From Parasitella parasitica NRRL 2501 (Eukaryota; Fungi; Mucoromycota), in contig MU619277.1 in NCBI GenBank assembly GCA_025201805.1, forward strand, positions 90,507-154,506: a stretch of 64,000 nt of DNA, given 5' to 3'. Shown here piece after piece: positions 36,819 to 53,330 of this stretch. The notes under the pieces are model-generated. The model was not told where the DNA came from. It saw only the letters and a list, made by a program, of their open reading frames with translations, and did not search any database. The position numbers and the translations under genes are program-made. Within the stretch, counting starts at the first letter, position 1. Every line of letters starts with the position of its first letter.

Positions 36819-39183
36819 ATGGCACCTGCGCTTCAAAAGAATACCAAAAAATCTGGCACTATGAAAACTAAAAGCAGAAAGGTGCAAAAGATTGTCCAGA
36901 GTTTGGTTGAAAAGAAAAAGAAGAAAGGTATGTTTCTCAATCAATTTTGTAGTGACGTAAATGTCTAAATCGTGTTTTTTTGTTGTAGACATCGGAAAGA
37001 AGCCTGTCTTTAAGGAAATGTAAGTAAAGTCTGAACTAGACTAGCTGTATTAGTGCTAATGAATACATCTAAGTGAATCAAAGTCTGAGGATGAAGTCAT
37101 GGAAGACACTCCCGATTCTGATGAAGATGATGTATTCAAGGTAAAAATAATTTGTATTCTTGCATAAGATAATGATTGACCAGCTCGAATATTTTACAGA
37201 AATTGCAGCGTGTTATGGATGAGGATTCTGACAATTCCGATAAACAAGTACCTGAAGCCGAAAACGAAGATAGTGGTAGTGATAGTGATCTCCCATCTGA
37301 CTATGAAAAAGAAATGGCAGTTGATGAGGATGATGAGAACGAGGGAGAAGAGGTTGATGAAGGTGACGAAGATGAAGAGGATCTGAAAAAAGACATTGAG
37401 CAACATAAGAAAGATATGAAAGCATTAAAGGAGCGTGATCCCGAATTCTATAACTTTTTGCAAAAGGAAGATGATGGACTTTTAGGTTTTGGTGAATCTG
37501 GCGATGAAGACGAAGCAGAGCAGGTTGGAGGTTCTGATGATGACGATGGCCTTTACAGTGATATGGAAGAACCTGAAGAAGATGACGATGACCAAAAACA
37601 AGCGGCAGTTCATGTGTTGACCAAGACTGAATTATATGAATGGATTGATTCCATTAAATCGAACAAAGATTTCAAAGCCTTTAAGAAGTTATTGTCAGCT
37701 TTTAAGACTGCTGCAAGAATGTCCGAAGAAGATGATAATATTACCTTTGTTTTTAAGATTGAAGATCCTGCCGGTAATATTTCCTATCAATTGTACATTG
37801 CATATCAACTGATTTATGAGATGTAGTTTTCTCCAAAGTAATTACATCGACGCTTCGGCTTGCACCCATTGTATTCGCGCATCACTTGAAGCCCAAGAAA
37901 GAAAATGGATCGCCAATGACCTCTGGTCGATGGTCATTCTTCAAATCATATGTTAGATCCTATCTCAACAATTTGCTCCACCTTTTGCGCAACTTGACTG
38001 ATGCTGATATGCTTCGTTTGACTATCCGTGAAGCTGAAAAATGCACTAATCTCTACGTTTGTTTTGATCGTCTTGCTAAAGAATACCTGAAAACTCTTTT
38101 AAACTCATGGTCCAACCTTGTTTCCACTGATATTGTGCGTGTACAGGCATTTTTGAGTATCAAATCCTTGGCCACCATCCCTGTGCCTCTCAACAAAGAT
38201 ACCAATCTCCAAGGCTATCTTGATCTCTGTCTTAAAAATGTCTATTTGACATTCGTCAAGAACTGCAAAAACACAAACTTGCACACTTTACCTGCTATCA
38301 ACATGATGCGTAACTTGGCTGTTCAATTATACGGCGTTAACCCTGTCCTCAGTTATCAACAAGGCTTTGTCTATATTCGTCAATTGGCAATTCATCTAAG
38401 ACAAGCCATGAAGGTTCGTTCCACTAAAAATCACAATATGGTCTACAATTGGCAATACATTCATTGCATTGATTTCTGGTCTGATGTCTTGAACGCCTAT
38501 GCTGGTAGTATGATAAATGAAGAAGAGGAGGTTGTGGAATCTCCTCTAAGCGCTTTGGTTTATCCCTTGACACAAGTCGCTGTTGGTGTGATTCAACTGA
38601 TTCCTACTGCACAGTTTTATCCTCTTCGTTTCCACGTACTGCGCTCTCTCAACTCACTCATTCACAATACTAATGTTTTTGTTCCTCTTGCTACTTATGT
38701 CTTGGAGGTGTTAGAAGGTACAGTTGCTATGGAAAAAGCAAAGCAATCCAATAGTGGCTTACCTACTGATTGGGATTTGGTGTTGAAGGTGAATAAGAAG
38801 AGCATTCATGGTCGCATGTACCAAGATGAAGTTTTGGATCAATGCGCCAAGGCTTTAAGGAATTACTACAAGGAATATTCTCATCATATTGCTTTTCCTG
38901 AAATGGTGGATGCTGATATCATTGCTATCAAGCGGTTTGTTAAACTATCAAAAAGTATAAAGGGTAAAGAAAAGTTAGCTAAATTGGCAAAGGATGTAAG
39001 TCTTATTCTTTTATTTATATTTTTCTCTTTCGGCATCTGGTTTATGAACTAACGTTTATTTTGTTGTAGCTTGAGAGCAAAGCCAAGTTTGTTCGTCAAC
39101 AACGTAGCAAAATTAGTTTCAGCCCGGAAAATATTACTGAAATTGAAAAGTTTAATAGTGATTTGAAGGCAAAGATGACCTAA
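36819..39183 (+). CDS. NOC2: Nucleolar complex protein 2
   Basis: LKERDPEFYNFLQKED, SYQQGFVYIRQLAIHLR, VYNWQYIHCIDFWS, LIPTAQFYPLRFH, IAFPE. Confidence 0.95.
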
Positions 39184-41210
39184 GAAGCGAGTATACTTAC
39201 TCACTTAGAACCTACATACTACTCGCGGGTACTTTTTTTTTTTTTCGAATCAGATTATGTAATAAAAATAAACTAGAATTGTATAAATAATCATGTTACT
39301 GCTCACCGTGTGCATATGAATTGATCTGTTTGAACACTTGCCATATCCTAAGATGTTTAAATGTAATTTGAATCATCCAATTTTTTGCTAGTTGACACGG
39401 AAAACAGGTAATGTTATGTGTATCAGACTTGATGACTTTTATACACTGATTTTTTCTTTCATGTTGAGTGCACAAGATAACTGTATTTGAAAGAAGTTTT
39501 TGAATGTATAAAAGCAGTAAATAATCTAGACACAAAGCTAATTATAATTGTTATACATATGATGATTGTTTGACTAAGCGTTTAGTATAATAAACCATAA
39601 CACAACTAAGAATTGCACTGATGCGTGCACTTAGTCGCCTTACACATTTTGGTTATACACATATGTTAAAAGTTGATCCTTACTGCAGTTGCGTATACGT
39701 TGTATATGTCAATATCTATCATAAAACTACTTTTACTCTCGTAAACTTAGCTTTACGTTATTTTACATACATTCCTTTCTAGAGAATAATTATTTATTTA
39801 GAAGAGAGCAAGTACCTAATACAAGACTGTAATTATATTAATTGAATAATTTACTACACATTTATTCCCGGATCAATGCTTAGTTAAAGAGGACTGATAA
39901 ACAATGATTCTAATTAATATAAAAACCTAGAAGTTTTTGAAGTTAGTATAATTGTAATCCTAAAGTTTTTTATTATTTTTGTATTTCCTAAATCTTTCCA
40001 AATTTATTGCAATAATAGAATTGAACGTGTATGCAAATCAATTGATCTACCAGGGAAATATTTTGTGTACAATTATATAAAATATTGATCTAAAAGCTAA
40101 TTTAGGAGGATGATGAATTGCGCTGTAAAGTGATCAATATACTGAAAACGGCAAACATTGCTATTTTTTGCGTTTATAAAATATGTGGTATAAAGGATAG
40201 ATAATAACACAATATTTTTTTTTTTTTTTTTACTCAGATTGAAAGTTTATCAAGGATCTGATAGTGATAAAACATGTAATATTTACCAAACACTCTAATC
40301 ATTCCGTAAATGAATAGTTTTTTTTCTTCTACAAAGATAGTCAAGGAAGAACCTTTTATGAAAAAGGACTCCTAACAAAGAAGGCTTCCAAACTATAACT
40401 TGTATAATCAAATAGATTTGAAGATATTTCGCTTGAGAATGGTGGGATTCAACTGGTTATGGTTATAAAGAATATTTCATTCATTAATACAATGTGAAAC
40501 TTTACAAATGCAATTTTATTGATAGCTTGAGGGCAGCGTGTATTTTGATAACAGCGGTGGGACTATGACAGAATTTAATATACCAGATTGCAAAATATAA
40601 ATGAAGTGAAAAGTTCACATTATGCTAACTAACTCTAGCATAATGACATTATGTTCAAAATTATAATCGCAATAAAGTGCAATTCTTTGGCAGATTTATC
40701 TACGTTGATTTTCGACATTTCAGAATACGGTATTAAACCTGGCCATATTCTATACTTGCCTGATACCGCCATGATCCGGGCCAAGTAATATAAGTCTGTA
40801 AGATATTTATACAAGATGTCATTATGCTATAATTAGCAAAACGTGGACCATAGCAAATAAGGGCTTTTATATCTAAGACTCGTCGAGAAGTGCAGATCAG
40901 GATTCCTATGATTCATTTCAAATACTAACACTAGAATGAGACGTTGTGTGAGCACTACCCCTTGTTTTTTTTCAATGAATAAGGCTCAAGTTTTTTTTCC
41001 CATAAAATTCAGGTTATAGAATTGAAAACCAAACACATTCGATATTGTTAGCGTAATGGTTTTGATGATGCTTGAAACCATTCTGTTTTTGGTTTTGTCA
41101 GGCGAGATACAAGACATTCATGGTTGCGAAATGCTGATAGAGAACGTCAGCCACCCATAAAACTCCAATTTAATTTTTGACACTTTTTTTTTCTTAATGC
41201 CCTACACAAA

Positions 41211-42987
<1,777 letters not shown>

Positions 42988-43723
42988 TCTACTGTGAATA
43001 TGGTGCACTATGCGATTTTACAAGATCCACCAGTAAAAGATCAATGCTAAATATCACTAGCGATAGCCAACAATTGAAAGCAATAATTACCTAGCCCAAG
43101 TCACTTATAAACATTATTTCATAACTGATAGGCAACTGCACACAAATAGCACTATAATCAACTCAATATACGTTATTTTGCATGCATCATGAATATTAAG
43201 AATCATTGTAATAATTCAAGAATTTAAATCATCAGAGATCACCGTGAACGATTATTCTAGCCATTTTACCTTAGTATAGGAATAGTTTTGGAGAGCGAGA
43301 AAAGTCTAATCCGAATGAATAAGGTTTTACCATCGTATTATTAATGACTTTTTCGTAACAAGATAATCTCACTGAAAGAATTTGAGGCATATTTAGTATT
43401 CATTGGTGTTATACATACTTGTTTTTTAAGGTTTCCCCAGGACACAATACAATGCTTGCTAGACACCGGTATCTGATTTAGGTTACTTAGGTGAACTTCA
43501 TTTATAGTTTGCTTCGCCCCTGATGGGTTTGCAGCATGGTATCGCGCCATTTAACCCAGTAGATCAGTAGTTGCAAGCGACATGGATCACTCCTGCTATA
43601 TTTTCCCATTCATATTATTTGCAGTATGCCATCTTGTGCTACGGTAAATGTAATGTGCATAAAAAATGTTCAGCATGCAAGGAAACCGGTTTGCTCTTCT
43701 TTTCTTCTTTCTTTTTAACTAAA

Positions 43724-45509
43724 ATGATCCTATATACTGCATTTCTCGTTGTCTGGCTATATATCCAGCAAATATTAGCAAGCGGAGACCATTTCCAAAC
43801 AATGCAGAATTTTAGAGAGCCAAAGAATATTGCATTTGGTGCTTTATTAGGAGGAGCATCTCATATCAATTGGGTTCTGTCTATTCTCGATAAATTGACT
43901 GAAAGAAATCACACAGCTTGCTTTATTACTAGGGTAATTCATATATAGATATATATATTGATCTTCTGGGGGGGGGGGGTTAATCATTTTCTTTGTTGTA
44001 TCTAGGATGATCAAGCTAAGTTTGGCCAGAATTTTCCTTCTATTGAAACGATTTCTATTGCTAAGCCCTACGAAATATCCAAACAATCTCACTTGATGGA
44101 AAACATAAGGACTATCTCGGTGATTGATTTTTACGCTACATTAGCAGTTGGCTTAGACGTAGACTATGCAGATGGTAATTGCAAGAAGCAAAATCAAAAT
44201 CGCTGCATGTGAGATACTCATTTTTATGCTAGATTATCGCGAACAGCTGAAACTGTTCAATTCAAAGAAGATTGATCTGATATTCTGTGATTTTATTAAT
44301 ACAGCGTGCCATGAAGCTGCTCATACACTGAATATTCCATTCATCATCACCTCTAGTGGTATGTCAGGCGAGGGTACTACGGCACCTTATATCAATAACA
44401 ACCCAATTAGCATGAATAACCCTACAACGGAAGACGAGACTCTGGGCGAAAGATTGTATAATACTTGGGTAAAGCCTATTCAATTATTGATCAAATTACG
44501 CCCATTTCTGTATCAGCAACATGAAAAACTTAAGTCGTTGGGTATCGACCCTGTGTTTCCTGGCGATCTTCGTTACAAAAATTGCATCAAAATGTTCAAC
44601 AGTGCTTGGGGCTTTGAATTTGGTAGACCTTTGGGACCCCTGATCGAGTTAGTAGGACCTATTGTGCCTGGGAAGGCGGCGGCAAAGTTATCAACAGACC
44701 TCGACGAATTTTTAAGAACCCACCAAAAAGTAGCTTACGTGGCATTTGGACAAATTGCTCAAGCAACCAAAGCAGACATCATTCTCATTTTAACAGGCTT
44801 AATCGAATCATATGAAGCAAAGGAACTAGATGGCATTATCTGGGCTACACGGGGCATTGACAAACGCCTATTTCCTGAAACTATCGTATCTCAAAGCAAT
44901 ACTACCTACGAGGTTCACAGCTTCTTCAATAATCACCAAACGAGCGATATCAAGTTCCTAGCGTGGGCTGCTCAGTTAGCCATCTTAAGCCATCCATCAA
45001 CCAAAGTGTTTGTCACGCATGGAGGTACAGGTTCTATCCAAGAGGCTTATTTCAGCGGTGTGCGTTTGATTGTGTTTCCGTTTTTTGTAGATCAAATTCC
45101 AAATGCGGTTACAGTCGAGAAATTTGGAACAGGTGTTCGCTTGGATTACAGATCTACACAGGAGGAAGCAAATGTGTTGATCAGAAAAGTCATAGTGGAT
45201 GAATCTGGACACTTTCAAAGAAATATAAACAAGTTTAGAGCATTGACACAGATCAAGAGCCAGCATGGCCCTACACGTGGTGCAGACATAGCTGAAGAGG
45301 TTTTGTTTATGCATGAAAATGGTGTATTGAATCATCGAATGGATGCAAAATTAAGAGTGTCTTGGATCAAGGCACATAATCTGGACATGTACGCTGTAGT
45401 CACTGGTGTCTTGATTGTAGTTTTGTCGTCAGTTTTGTATTTAGTCTTTGGCTTGGCTAACTGGATACTCAAATCACTCAGAACTCGAACCAAGTTGAAG
45501 TCTGCTTGA
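43724..45509 (+). CDS. UDP-glycosyltransferase (GT1, ER-membrane type)
   Basis: Signal peptide, GGASH, signature WAAQLAILSHPSTKVFVTHGGTGSIQEAYFSGVRLIVFPFFVDQ, C-terminal TM and KLKSA* dilysine. Confidence 0.93.
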
Positions 45510-46099
45510 TATGTGTATAAATAAAGCTTATTGCAGAAGTACATCACACCTTGTTTACTTTTGGATGTATAGATCCATAAATAATTCAGGTTTATGAATA
45601 TCTTTAACCGATAGAATTCTCTAGAATTGCGCTACTGTGAAAACCTGACTTTATATAAGCATAGGCAGCATAACAGATCATATATGTGCTGCATCGCTGT
45701 GTTCCAAGAGTATGTAAAAGAAGGTTGTTGGCACGTGTAATGCATATAATATTTCACAACCAATCTGCAAGAGATCCACCAAAGAATGCTCTATTTAGCA
45801 GCTGATATTGTAGAAATAACATCAAGAGTATCCGAATTACAATCCATGGTGGTCTTCATGTCCATTTCTTCAAGCTTGAACATGTTGTTTGGCTTTGTTG
45901 CGTCAGTGTTTAGACATCCCATATTTAGGAGTCAGTCCCCCTCTTTCTTTTTTGAGCGCAGAAGCAAGACAAACATAGGTGCTTCTTCCACTTCAACAAT
46001 TTATTCTCTCTCTCTTTCTATTTTTTCTTTCCTTGATTGAAAACTAGTCGATAGGAAAAAAAAGAAAAGAAAAAAAAGGGAAACATAGGATAGAGTAAA

Positions 46100-48344
46100 A
46101 TGATGAAAGGTTTAAAGGGAGTCGTAAGTTTTGGTTCAGTCTTTTGCACGTCCACAGGTTTAATATCATGTCTACAGCTTACACGGAGAGGATCGCAAAA
46201 GGATAGCAAGTCTTCTTCAACCAAACATGTAGCCAATAAATCTCGTTTTTCAACATCGTCTTCGACTCTTACTCGATCATCGTCCTCCTCTAGCAATAAT
46301 TCGACAAAACAGACACCAATATCTGACAATACTATTAATAACCCTCATATCCAAGTAATCTCGCCATCATCATCGTCTACAGCAATAGCAAATACCGTAT
46401 CTGTATCAGGACAACACAACAATAATGTAAGTTTTTTTTTGTTTTGTTTTTTTTTGTTTATGGTGCTACAAAATAATAAAAACTTAATAATAGCAACAGC
46501 AGCATAATATTAAAGTCAATCCTACTATACCGGGTCGTTCAGCAGAAGTTACCAAGCAAATTTTAAAAGACACTCCTAAAGATACCATACCTGCTGTACG
46601 TACTCCTCGCCGTCAACGCTCTTCCAGAATCTATGCTACTAGAGAAAAAGTAGATCTCGAAAAGAGCCCATACTTTAATGGTAAGTTACCTTCATTGTGT
46701 GTGAACTTCTCGTGTTGACCATTTTACTATTCCAGATGTTCCTCCTTCAAAACGTCAAGATTTATTCAAATTAAAATTACAGCAATGCCAAATTTTATTC
46801 GATTTCAATGATCCCTCGTCAGAATTAAGAAACAAAGAAATCAAACGTCAGGAACTGCAGGAGATGTTGGAGTTTGTTGCGACTTCGAGAGGTGCTATCT
46901 CGGATCTCATTTACCCTGATGTTATTCGCATGTTCTCAGTCAATACATTTCGAACCATTTCACCTCAAACAACAGCTGTAAACGAAGGTTTTGATCCAGA
47001 AGAAGACGAACCTGCCTTGGAGACTGCTTGGCCCCATCTTCAGTTGGTTTATGAGTTCTTTCTAAGATTTGTCGAATCTCAAGACTTCAATCCTCAAATT
47101 GCAAGAAAGTACATTGATCAAAAGTTTATTCTTCAGGTATTGCATGTGTAGAACTACACTTGAAAATCAAAGCGGAAATTAATTCGCTGTATTTACAAAA
47201 TAGTTGCTGGAACTATTCGATAGTGAAGATCCTCGAGAAAGAGATTTTTTGAAAACAACATTGCACAGAATTTATGGCAAATTTTTGAACCTACGAGCAT
47301 TTATTAGAAGATCCATCAACAATATTTTTTTTCAATTCATATACGAAACTGAGCATTTCAACGGTGTAGCCGAACTCCTCGAGATTCTCGGCAGGTATGA
47401 TGTTTTTTCGTTTTTTGATTTGCAAAAGTATTCACAACAAAACAAAACAAAAAAAAAATAGCATCATCAATGGGTTTGCATTGCCTTTAAAAAAGGAACA
47501 CAAGACGTTCCTTTACAAAGTTCTCATACCTCTCCACAAACCAGCCCATTTAGCAACTTACAGTCCTCAGTTAACTTACTGTGTCGTCCAATTTTTAGAA
47601 AAAGATCCTGATCTTGTACCTGGAGTCATTCAAGGATTAATGCGATATTGGCCCAAAGTAAACAGTGCCAAGGAAGTAATATTCTTGACAGAATTCGAAG
47701 AGATTTTGGATGTTACTGAAAATGGCTTTGATGATACTGTTATGATCCTCTTTTTTCAAAAACTAGCTCAGTGTGTAGCAAGCCCTCATTTTCAGGTGGC
47801 AGAGCGGGCTCTGTACTTTTATACTTATGAGGATGTTATCCGTATCATGGATGATAATATCGAGGTGCTTATGCCAATCATCTTTCCTTCCGTATACAAA
47901 CATTCAAATCAGCATTGGAATAGAACCATTCATCAATTGGTTTATAACACACTTCAACTGCTGATGAAATTAGATCAGGATTTGTTTGAAAAACTAGTGG
48001 AAGATTACCAGCGGGAACAAGCAGAGCAAGTTTTAGTTTTTCTTTTATTATTGTCGTATTGTATTTTTAATAGTAACAAGAATAGGAATGTCGGATTGAA
48101 ACTAAATCAAAATAGAATGTTGGCTTGGAAAAAGTTAGAAGCAAGAGCTGCTGAATTAAAGCAAAAATCATCATCCCTATCAACATCATCTACAGAAGAG
48201 ACTGAATCAATTGATTCTGCCCTGATTTTGGCAGCGATCGAAGAGAACCAGGTGGAGAGTAAAGTAATAACTGCTATAAATACCAATATGGAAAAGCTGA
48301 CCACCAAAGAAGATTCAGATAATGACTCTTGGCATAGCGTCTAA
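46100..48344 (+). CDS. RTS1: Protein phosphatase 2A regulatory subunit B56 (B')
   Basis: [60 protein letters not shown]. Confidence 0.95.
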
Positions 48345-49804
48345 GTTAAAGATAAAAAAAAACTCAATAAAATAATATTACAAAGTCAAAGGTATATGTA
48401 AAAAACCTTGATTTTCATACCATTAATGCTTGAGTCGCCACATTATGGATCATGTAAAAGTCTTGAAAAATCTAGATAAGATGAGTGGGTGAAAATGCCA
48501 GTATTTTGATCAAAAAAGAGTCTATGGATATTTCGAAAATAAGTTGCTAGTAATTCTAGAGATATCTATATAAAATGCGGCCAAGACGAGATTTTCTTTG
48601 ATAATGAAAATGACTTTACGGCATCTCAACATTTTGAGGCAGGTCAAACAGTGAATTGAGGTATTATTTTTGAAAGCTATATAGTCGACATGTAACTTAT
48701 TCTCTTTTTCTTATTCTTGCACATTATTGTGATATACCTTGAACGCAAGCAATTTTAATGGAATGCTATCTTTTTCATCTGACGAACCAAGGAAGAGACG
48801 AATTAGAAATAGTGCAGCAAGTTTAATCTTGAGGATATGAAGTATATTTTGTAATGCTCTCAAAAGATATCTCTGTGACGAGACGCATAAAGCTTTGTGA
48901 ATCTAGGACAAGACTCTAGATCAAGAAATTAGCATTCGACTTTCTAGAGCTATTTTGGTAACGACGACTGCGGCAACACCCTGTCAACTTGTTTGGCGAG
49001 GTACTGCATGGTGTTTCATAAGGAGAAGCAATTTAGAGGGCGAGCTTGACAGTTCCATTCGTTTCCCTTGGTTCATTGACGGGAAAGTAATTATTATAAT
49101 AAAAATATGTATAATAGTCTACTTCTACATAGTAATCCCAGACTGCTACAAGCAAAGAGGTTAACTTTCTATTTACTCATGATGAATTAATAGCGGATAT
49201 GATTAGTTTTTCAATTCACCAAGTACTGATAATGGTGTTACTGCGGTGTGATATTTTGCAGCAGATCAGCGTTATCAGACGTCTCCAGACCTGAGGTAAT
49301 TTAATAGAGTCTAGAATTGATCTTACAATGCACGTTTAGTCTACTTTATCTGTCATAAGGTCTAAACGTAAAAAAAATATATTTCACTGAATGTCAGTAT
49401 TCGATCTAGTATATTGTAAAACCCTATGAGTCTGTAGACCATCAATCTACACCAACAAGTGCCACAACACCTACCGCAGCTCTTTTTTGTATAATAATGC
49501 CTGCTTTAAGGCAAAATTGCCGAACATTGATCTTGGTCAGGTCTCTTTGTCTCCCTAACAACGAGCAGCAAGCAATAACAGCTGCGGGCCATGCTAGTGC
49601 ATGTATGACTTTCACAAACTTCAAAAAACAAAAAATAAACAACAAACAAGATCATGTTATGTTCTACTGTATGAAAGGATGTGGCACTGTAAATTATACT
49701 TTTTATGTAACATCCGAGAGCGATATCCAAAAATTATAAAATGTCCAAATTGTGCTGGTTTCCCCCCCTTTTTTTTTTATTTTCTTCACATCACCACCAA
49801 TATC

Positions 49805-51857
49805 ATGTTTGCATCGTATTTTTGGAATCGGTTTTTAGATATATTTGAAATCATCAGTAACGAACACTTTTGGATCAACTTTTTGGGTGAACGAACGCTT
49901 ATGATCTTGAAGAGATATGCTGGAAACGACACTATTTTAGTGTGTGTGTTCTTGTCGTTTATCCCAGCTATTTCTCAAGCAACCAAGGGGCTGTATTTGT
50001 ATTGCAAACGGCTCAAGGATGAAATGTTCTATGTTTCTGTGGTGATTGCTGATAATGAACTTATTTTTACTCCTGTCGATGAATACGTGACCAAGAATTT
50101 TAGAGGCATTGATAGATTGAGACATGTGCGTGGAAAAACAGGCTATGCTGATCCGGTCAATCAAAACCAAAGACCACGTTTTTCATACTTTGGTAGACGC
50201 AGACCAAGCAGTGAAGAAAATACACCCATTATTGAACTGATCCCGGAAAAATATCGCGAGTTTGCACTCAAACACAAAGGGTACATCATTTATGTCAATC
50301 GCAAGGATGAGGCTCCCTCGAGTGAAAATGTAAGAAATCCGTTTTTAAGCATTGCTAGCATGAGAACCGATACCATAGAAATCAAGTAAGTAAATTCAGT
50401 GGACAAGTGCTTAGTTGGCTATCTACTTTTTTTTTTGATACTGATGCATGTATGCATGTAGAATGCGATCTCGAGACCTGCCGAAATTAAGGTCCTTTAT
50501 TCAAGATTGGGTCGATGAGTATTACAATTCGAGAAAAAACAAGGTAAGCAAAAAAATATCATGAAGTTATTGGGCGCTAACGAAACACATTCTTCCTAGC
50601 TTATTATTTACAAATGCAATTTTAACAAGTATGGATGGGATGATGACAATCAATGGAAAGAGCACGGATTTAGAAAGATTCGATCATTCAATTCGGTTGT
50701 TTTGAAAAAGGGAGAGCAAGAAAGAATCTTGAACGGTAAATACTAGTAATGGAGGGTCCTGAGATGGCTGTTAAAAATAACATACCGAATGTAGATATTT
50801 TAACATTTAAAGAGTCAAAAGAATGGTACGAGGACCGCGGAATACCTTATCGTCGAGGATACCTCTTACATGGACCACCTGGCACAGGCAAGACTTCGTT
50901 TATTCAGTCATTAGCCAGCCGAGTCAAGATGAATGTGGCTATATTAAACCTTTCCGCTGCAGCAGATGATGATAGTTTGTCCTCTGCATTAGCCCAAGTA
51001 CCCAAGAACTGTATCTTGGTCATTGAAGACATAGATCATTATAAATTTGATGAGGGGCTATCAGAGAAAAAGAGTGACGACAAGGACTCTAAAAAGGATA
51101 ATTCTGTTTCTGTTTCAGGGATATTGAACGCGATTGATGGCATCGCAAGTTTGGAAGAATCGAGTAAGTCGAACTATGGGCTTGTCACATGAATAATTAA
51201 CTTATCGTCCACATTATAGTTATTTTCATGACTTGTAATGACATGAATACCATTCCACCCGCCTTGATTCGTCCGGGAAGAGTCGATCTGAAGCTCCACA
51301 TGGGCTATATCGACAATTATCAAGCAGAACTCATCTTTTGGCGATTCTTCTGTATGGGAGAAAAGGAAACTGAGCTAGAGAAGATACCCAAAGAAAAGTA
51401 TCCAGTACTGGCCAATACTGTAAATGAGCTCATACAACGTATTAGAGATACTGCAAACAACGTATCAAAACAGAGAAACATTGAATTAGAAATTAGTCCT
51501 GCAGAATTAATCAGTTACTTGCTATTTCATGCCCTCAAGTACAAGCTGTCCACTTCGCCTCAGCATCTTGATTCATGTTGTCAGTCTATTTTAGATCATA
51601 TTCCTGACTTTATTGAATCCATTGCTTCAGATAGAAAGCAAGCTATAGAACATGCGAAAAAGAAGGCTGTATTTCAACAAATGCAACAACCTGTTGCTGA
51701 TGCAGCATCCCAAAGTAGTGCAGAGAATACCAATGCTAAAGAGACTAAAATTATACCTACACCACCCACTTCACCTGCAGCGGAGAAGAAGACCGCATCA
51801 GATGTTGATGATGATGTGGAGGATGTTGAACAAGAACAAAAGACTATAGAGGATTAA
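49805..51857 (+). CDS. BCS1-like AAA ATPase (divergent paralog)
   Basis: N-terminal TM, RSFNSVVL, WYEDRGIPYRRGYLLHGPPGTGKTS, IEDID, SGILNAIDG, MTCN, ALIRPGRVD. Confidence 0.9.
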
Positions 51858-52299
51858 GGAGTTTTTATCAAATAAATGCTGTCAAACTATATATGTCTGA
51901 AGAATTCATTACTACGCACTATTTGAAAATCGCTGATACAGCATGCCAAGGAGATTAATATTAAAAGAACAAGTTGCTCATGTACATACATTGAGATGTA
52001 AAGTAAATCAAGGGCCCTTTCTTGAGCTACTATATATATACTATATAGCGTGTCATCAATTTTCACACAATAAATCAATCAAACTTGCATAAATAAACTA
52101 CAAAAGAAATGCGCATAATTTATATAGGAGAAAGTAAGAGTAATTTACGTGCATTTTTTGCACTCAATGTAATAATCTATCATATAAACCCTACACACTA
52201 ATGTGTAAATACACTAAGGCTGTCAAATACTATATATATTATGCTTTGTAACTGTTGTTGTGCTCTTTATTATTTTTTCTGTACACTTCCACAATCAAG

Positions 52300-52327
52300 T
52301 CCTAGCCCTAGCCCTTACCCTAACCCT
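52300..52327 (+). repeat. Short interstitial CCCTAA/CCCTAG-like hexamer repeat
   Basis: CCTAGCCCTAGCCCTTACCCTAACCCT. Confidence 0.5.
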
Positions 52328-53330
52328 GCATCATATGTCTGTACAACTTTTTTTCATTGAATGCACAGACATAAATTCATCCATATAAGTCTAGATCTCC
52401 CTTGATTTTTTGCTCGATAATAATGATATCCGATTATAATTTCAAGGAGTGAATGAAAAAAAGAAGACTCAATTGACATCTGGACCAGCTATCCGGCTGA
52501 TGGATTAGTAAATAAATTATCATGTGTAATGAAGATTTCGGTATTACATGTCGGCTCAGATACATGAAATCTCAATAATCATACTACTGTCCCACTGCAT
52601 AATGCGTTTAGCCATGAGAAAAAAAAAAAAAAAAAAAAAAGAGTAATTGAAGAATGGGAAGAGGCAACACATCATCTGTAGCTCCTAATGCCAACAAAAA
52701 GAGAGAACATGAAGAAGTCAGATGGAAAGGAGCTCTTTCTGTTTTTTGAAGCCAATGTCATAAATAGAAGGAAATGTCCTTGAAATCGATAATCAAGGAG
52801 AAGCATGTTTTTGGTAATAAATGCTACTGTTTATTGAATCATGCCTTCAAACCTGCCGCTGCTTTGATAGAGTCACTCCTTTCGTCATGCCGTGTCAATA
52901 ATATCAATAACGTTATCCAGTACCTATCCATTTGTTGGATCGACTTATTAAAAAAAAAAGTAAGATCTGACTTGGTCGCATGCAAAGAAATAACACTGTT
53001 AATTACATTATCTATAAAAACTGTTTGTTTTTAGAAAAAAAAAAAAAAAGAACCTAGTATAAGGGATTTCTGATCTCTCCCTGTTTATCTTGCTGAAAGT
53101 ACTTAATACACTGTTAATTGATCTTGTATAAATAATCTCTATCTGCATACCCTTCCCTTTATTTCTTCTTTCTATTTTTTTTCATCTTTTCTTAACACCT
53201 CCCTTCTTGCAGAGTATATAATTCTACTTTTTTTTATATAATTATATACACATTCAGCAAGTCTTTTACATCAATCAATATATCTATCTATCAACCGTAC
53301 ATATATAAATATATATAGCTTATTATTTAA

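Noticed and set aside
40725-40790. YGIKPGH as a RuvC-I (GxDPG) relic
   Set aside because: The catalytic Asp is absent and no other collinear Fanzor motifs lie nearby
52300-52327. Telomere
   Set aside because: Only about four degenerate units, internal between genes
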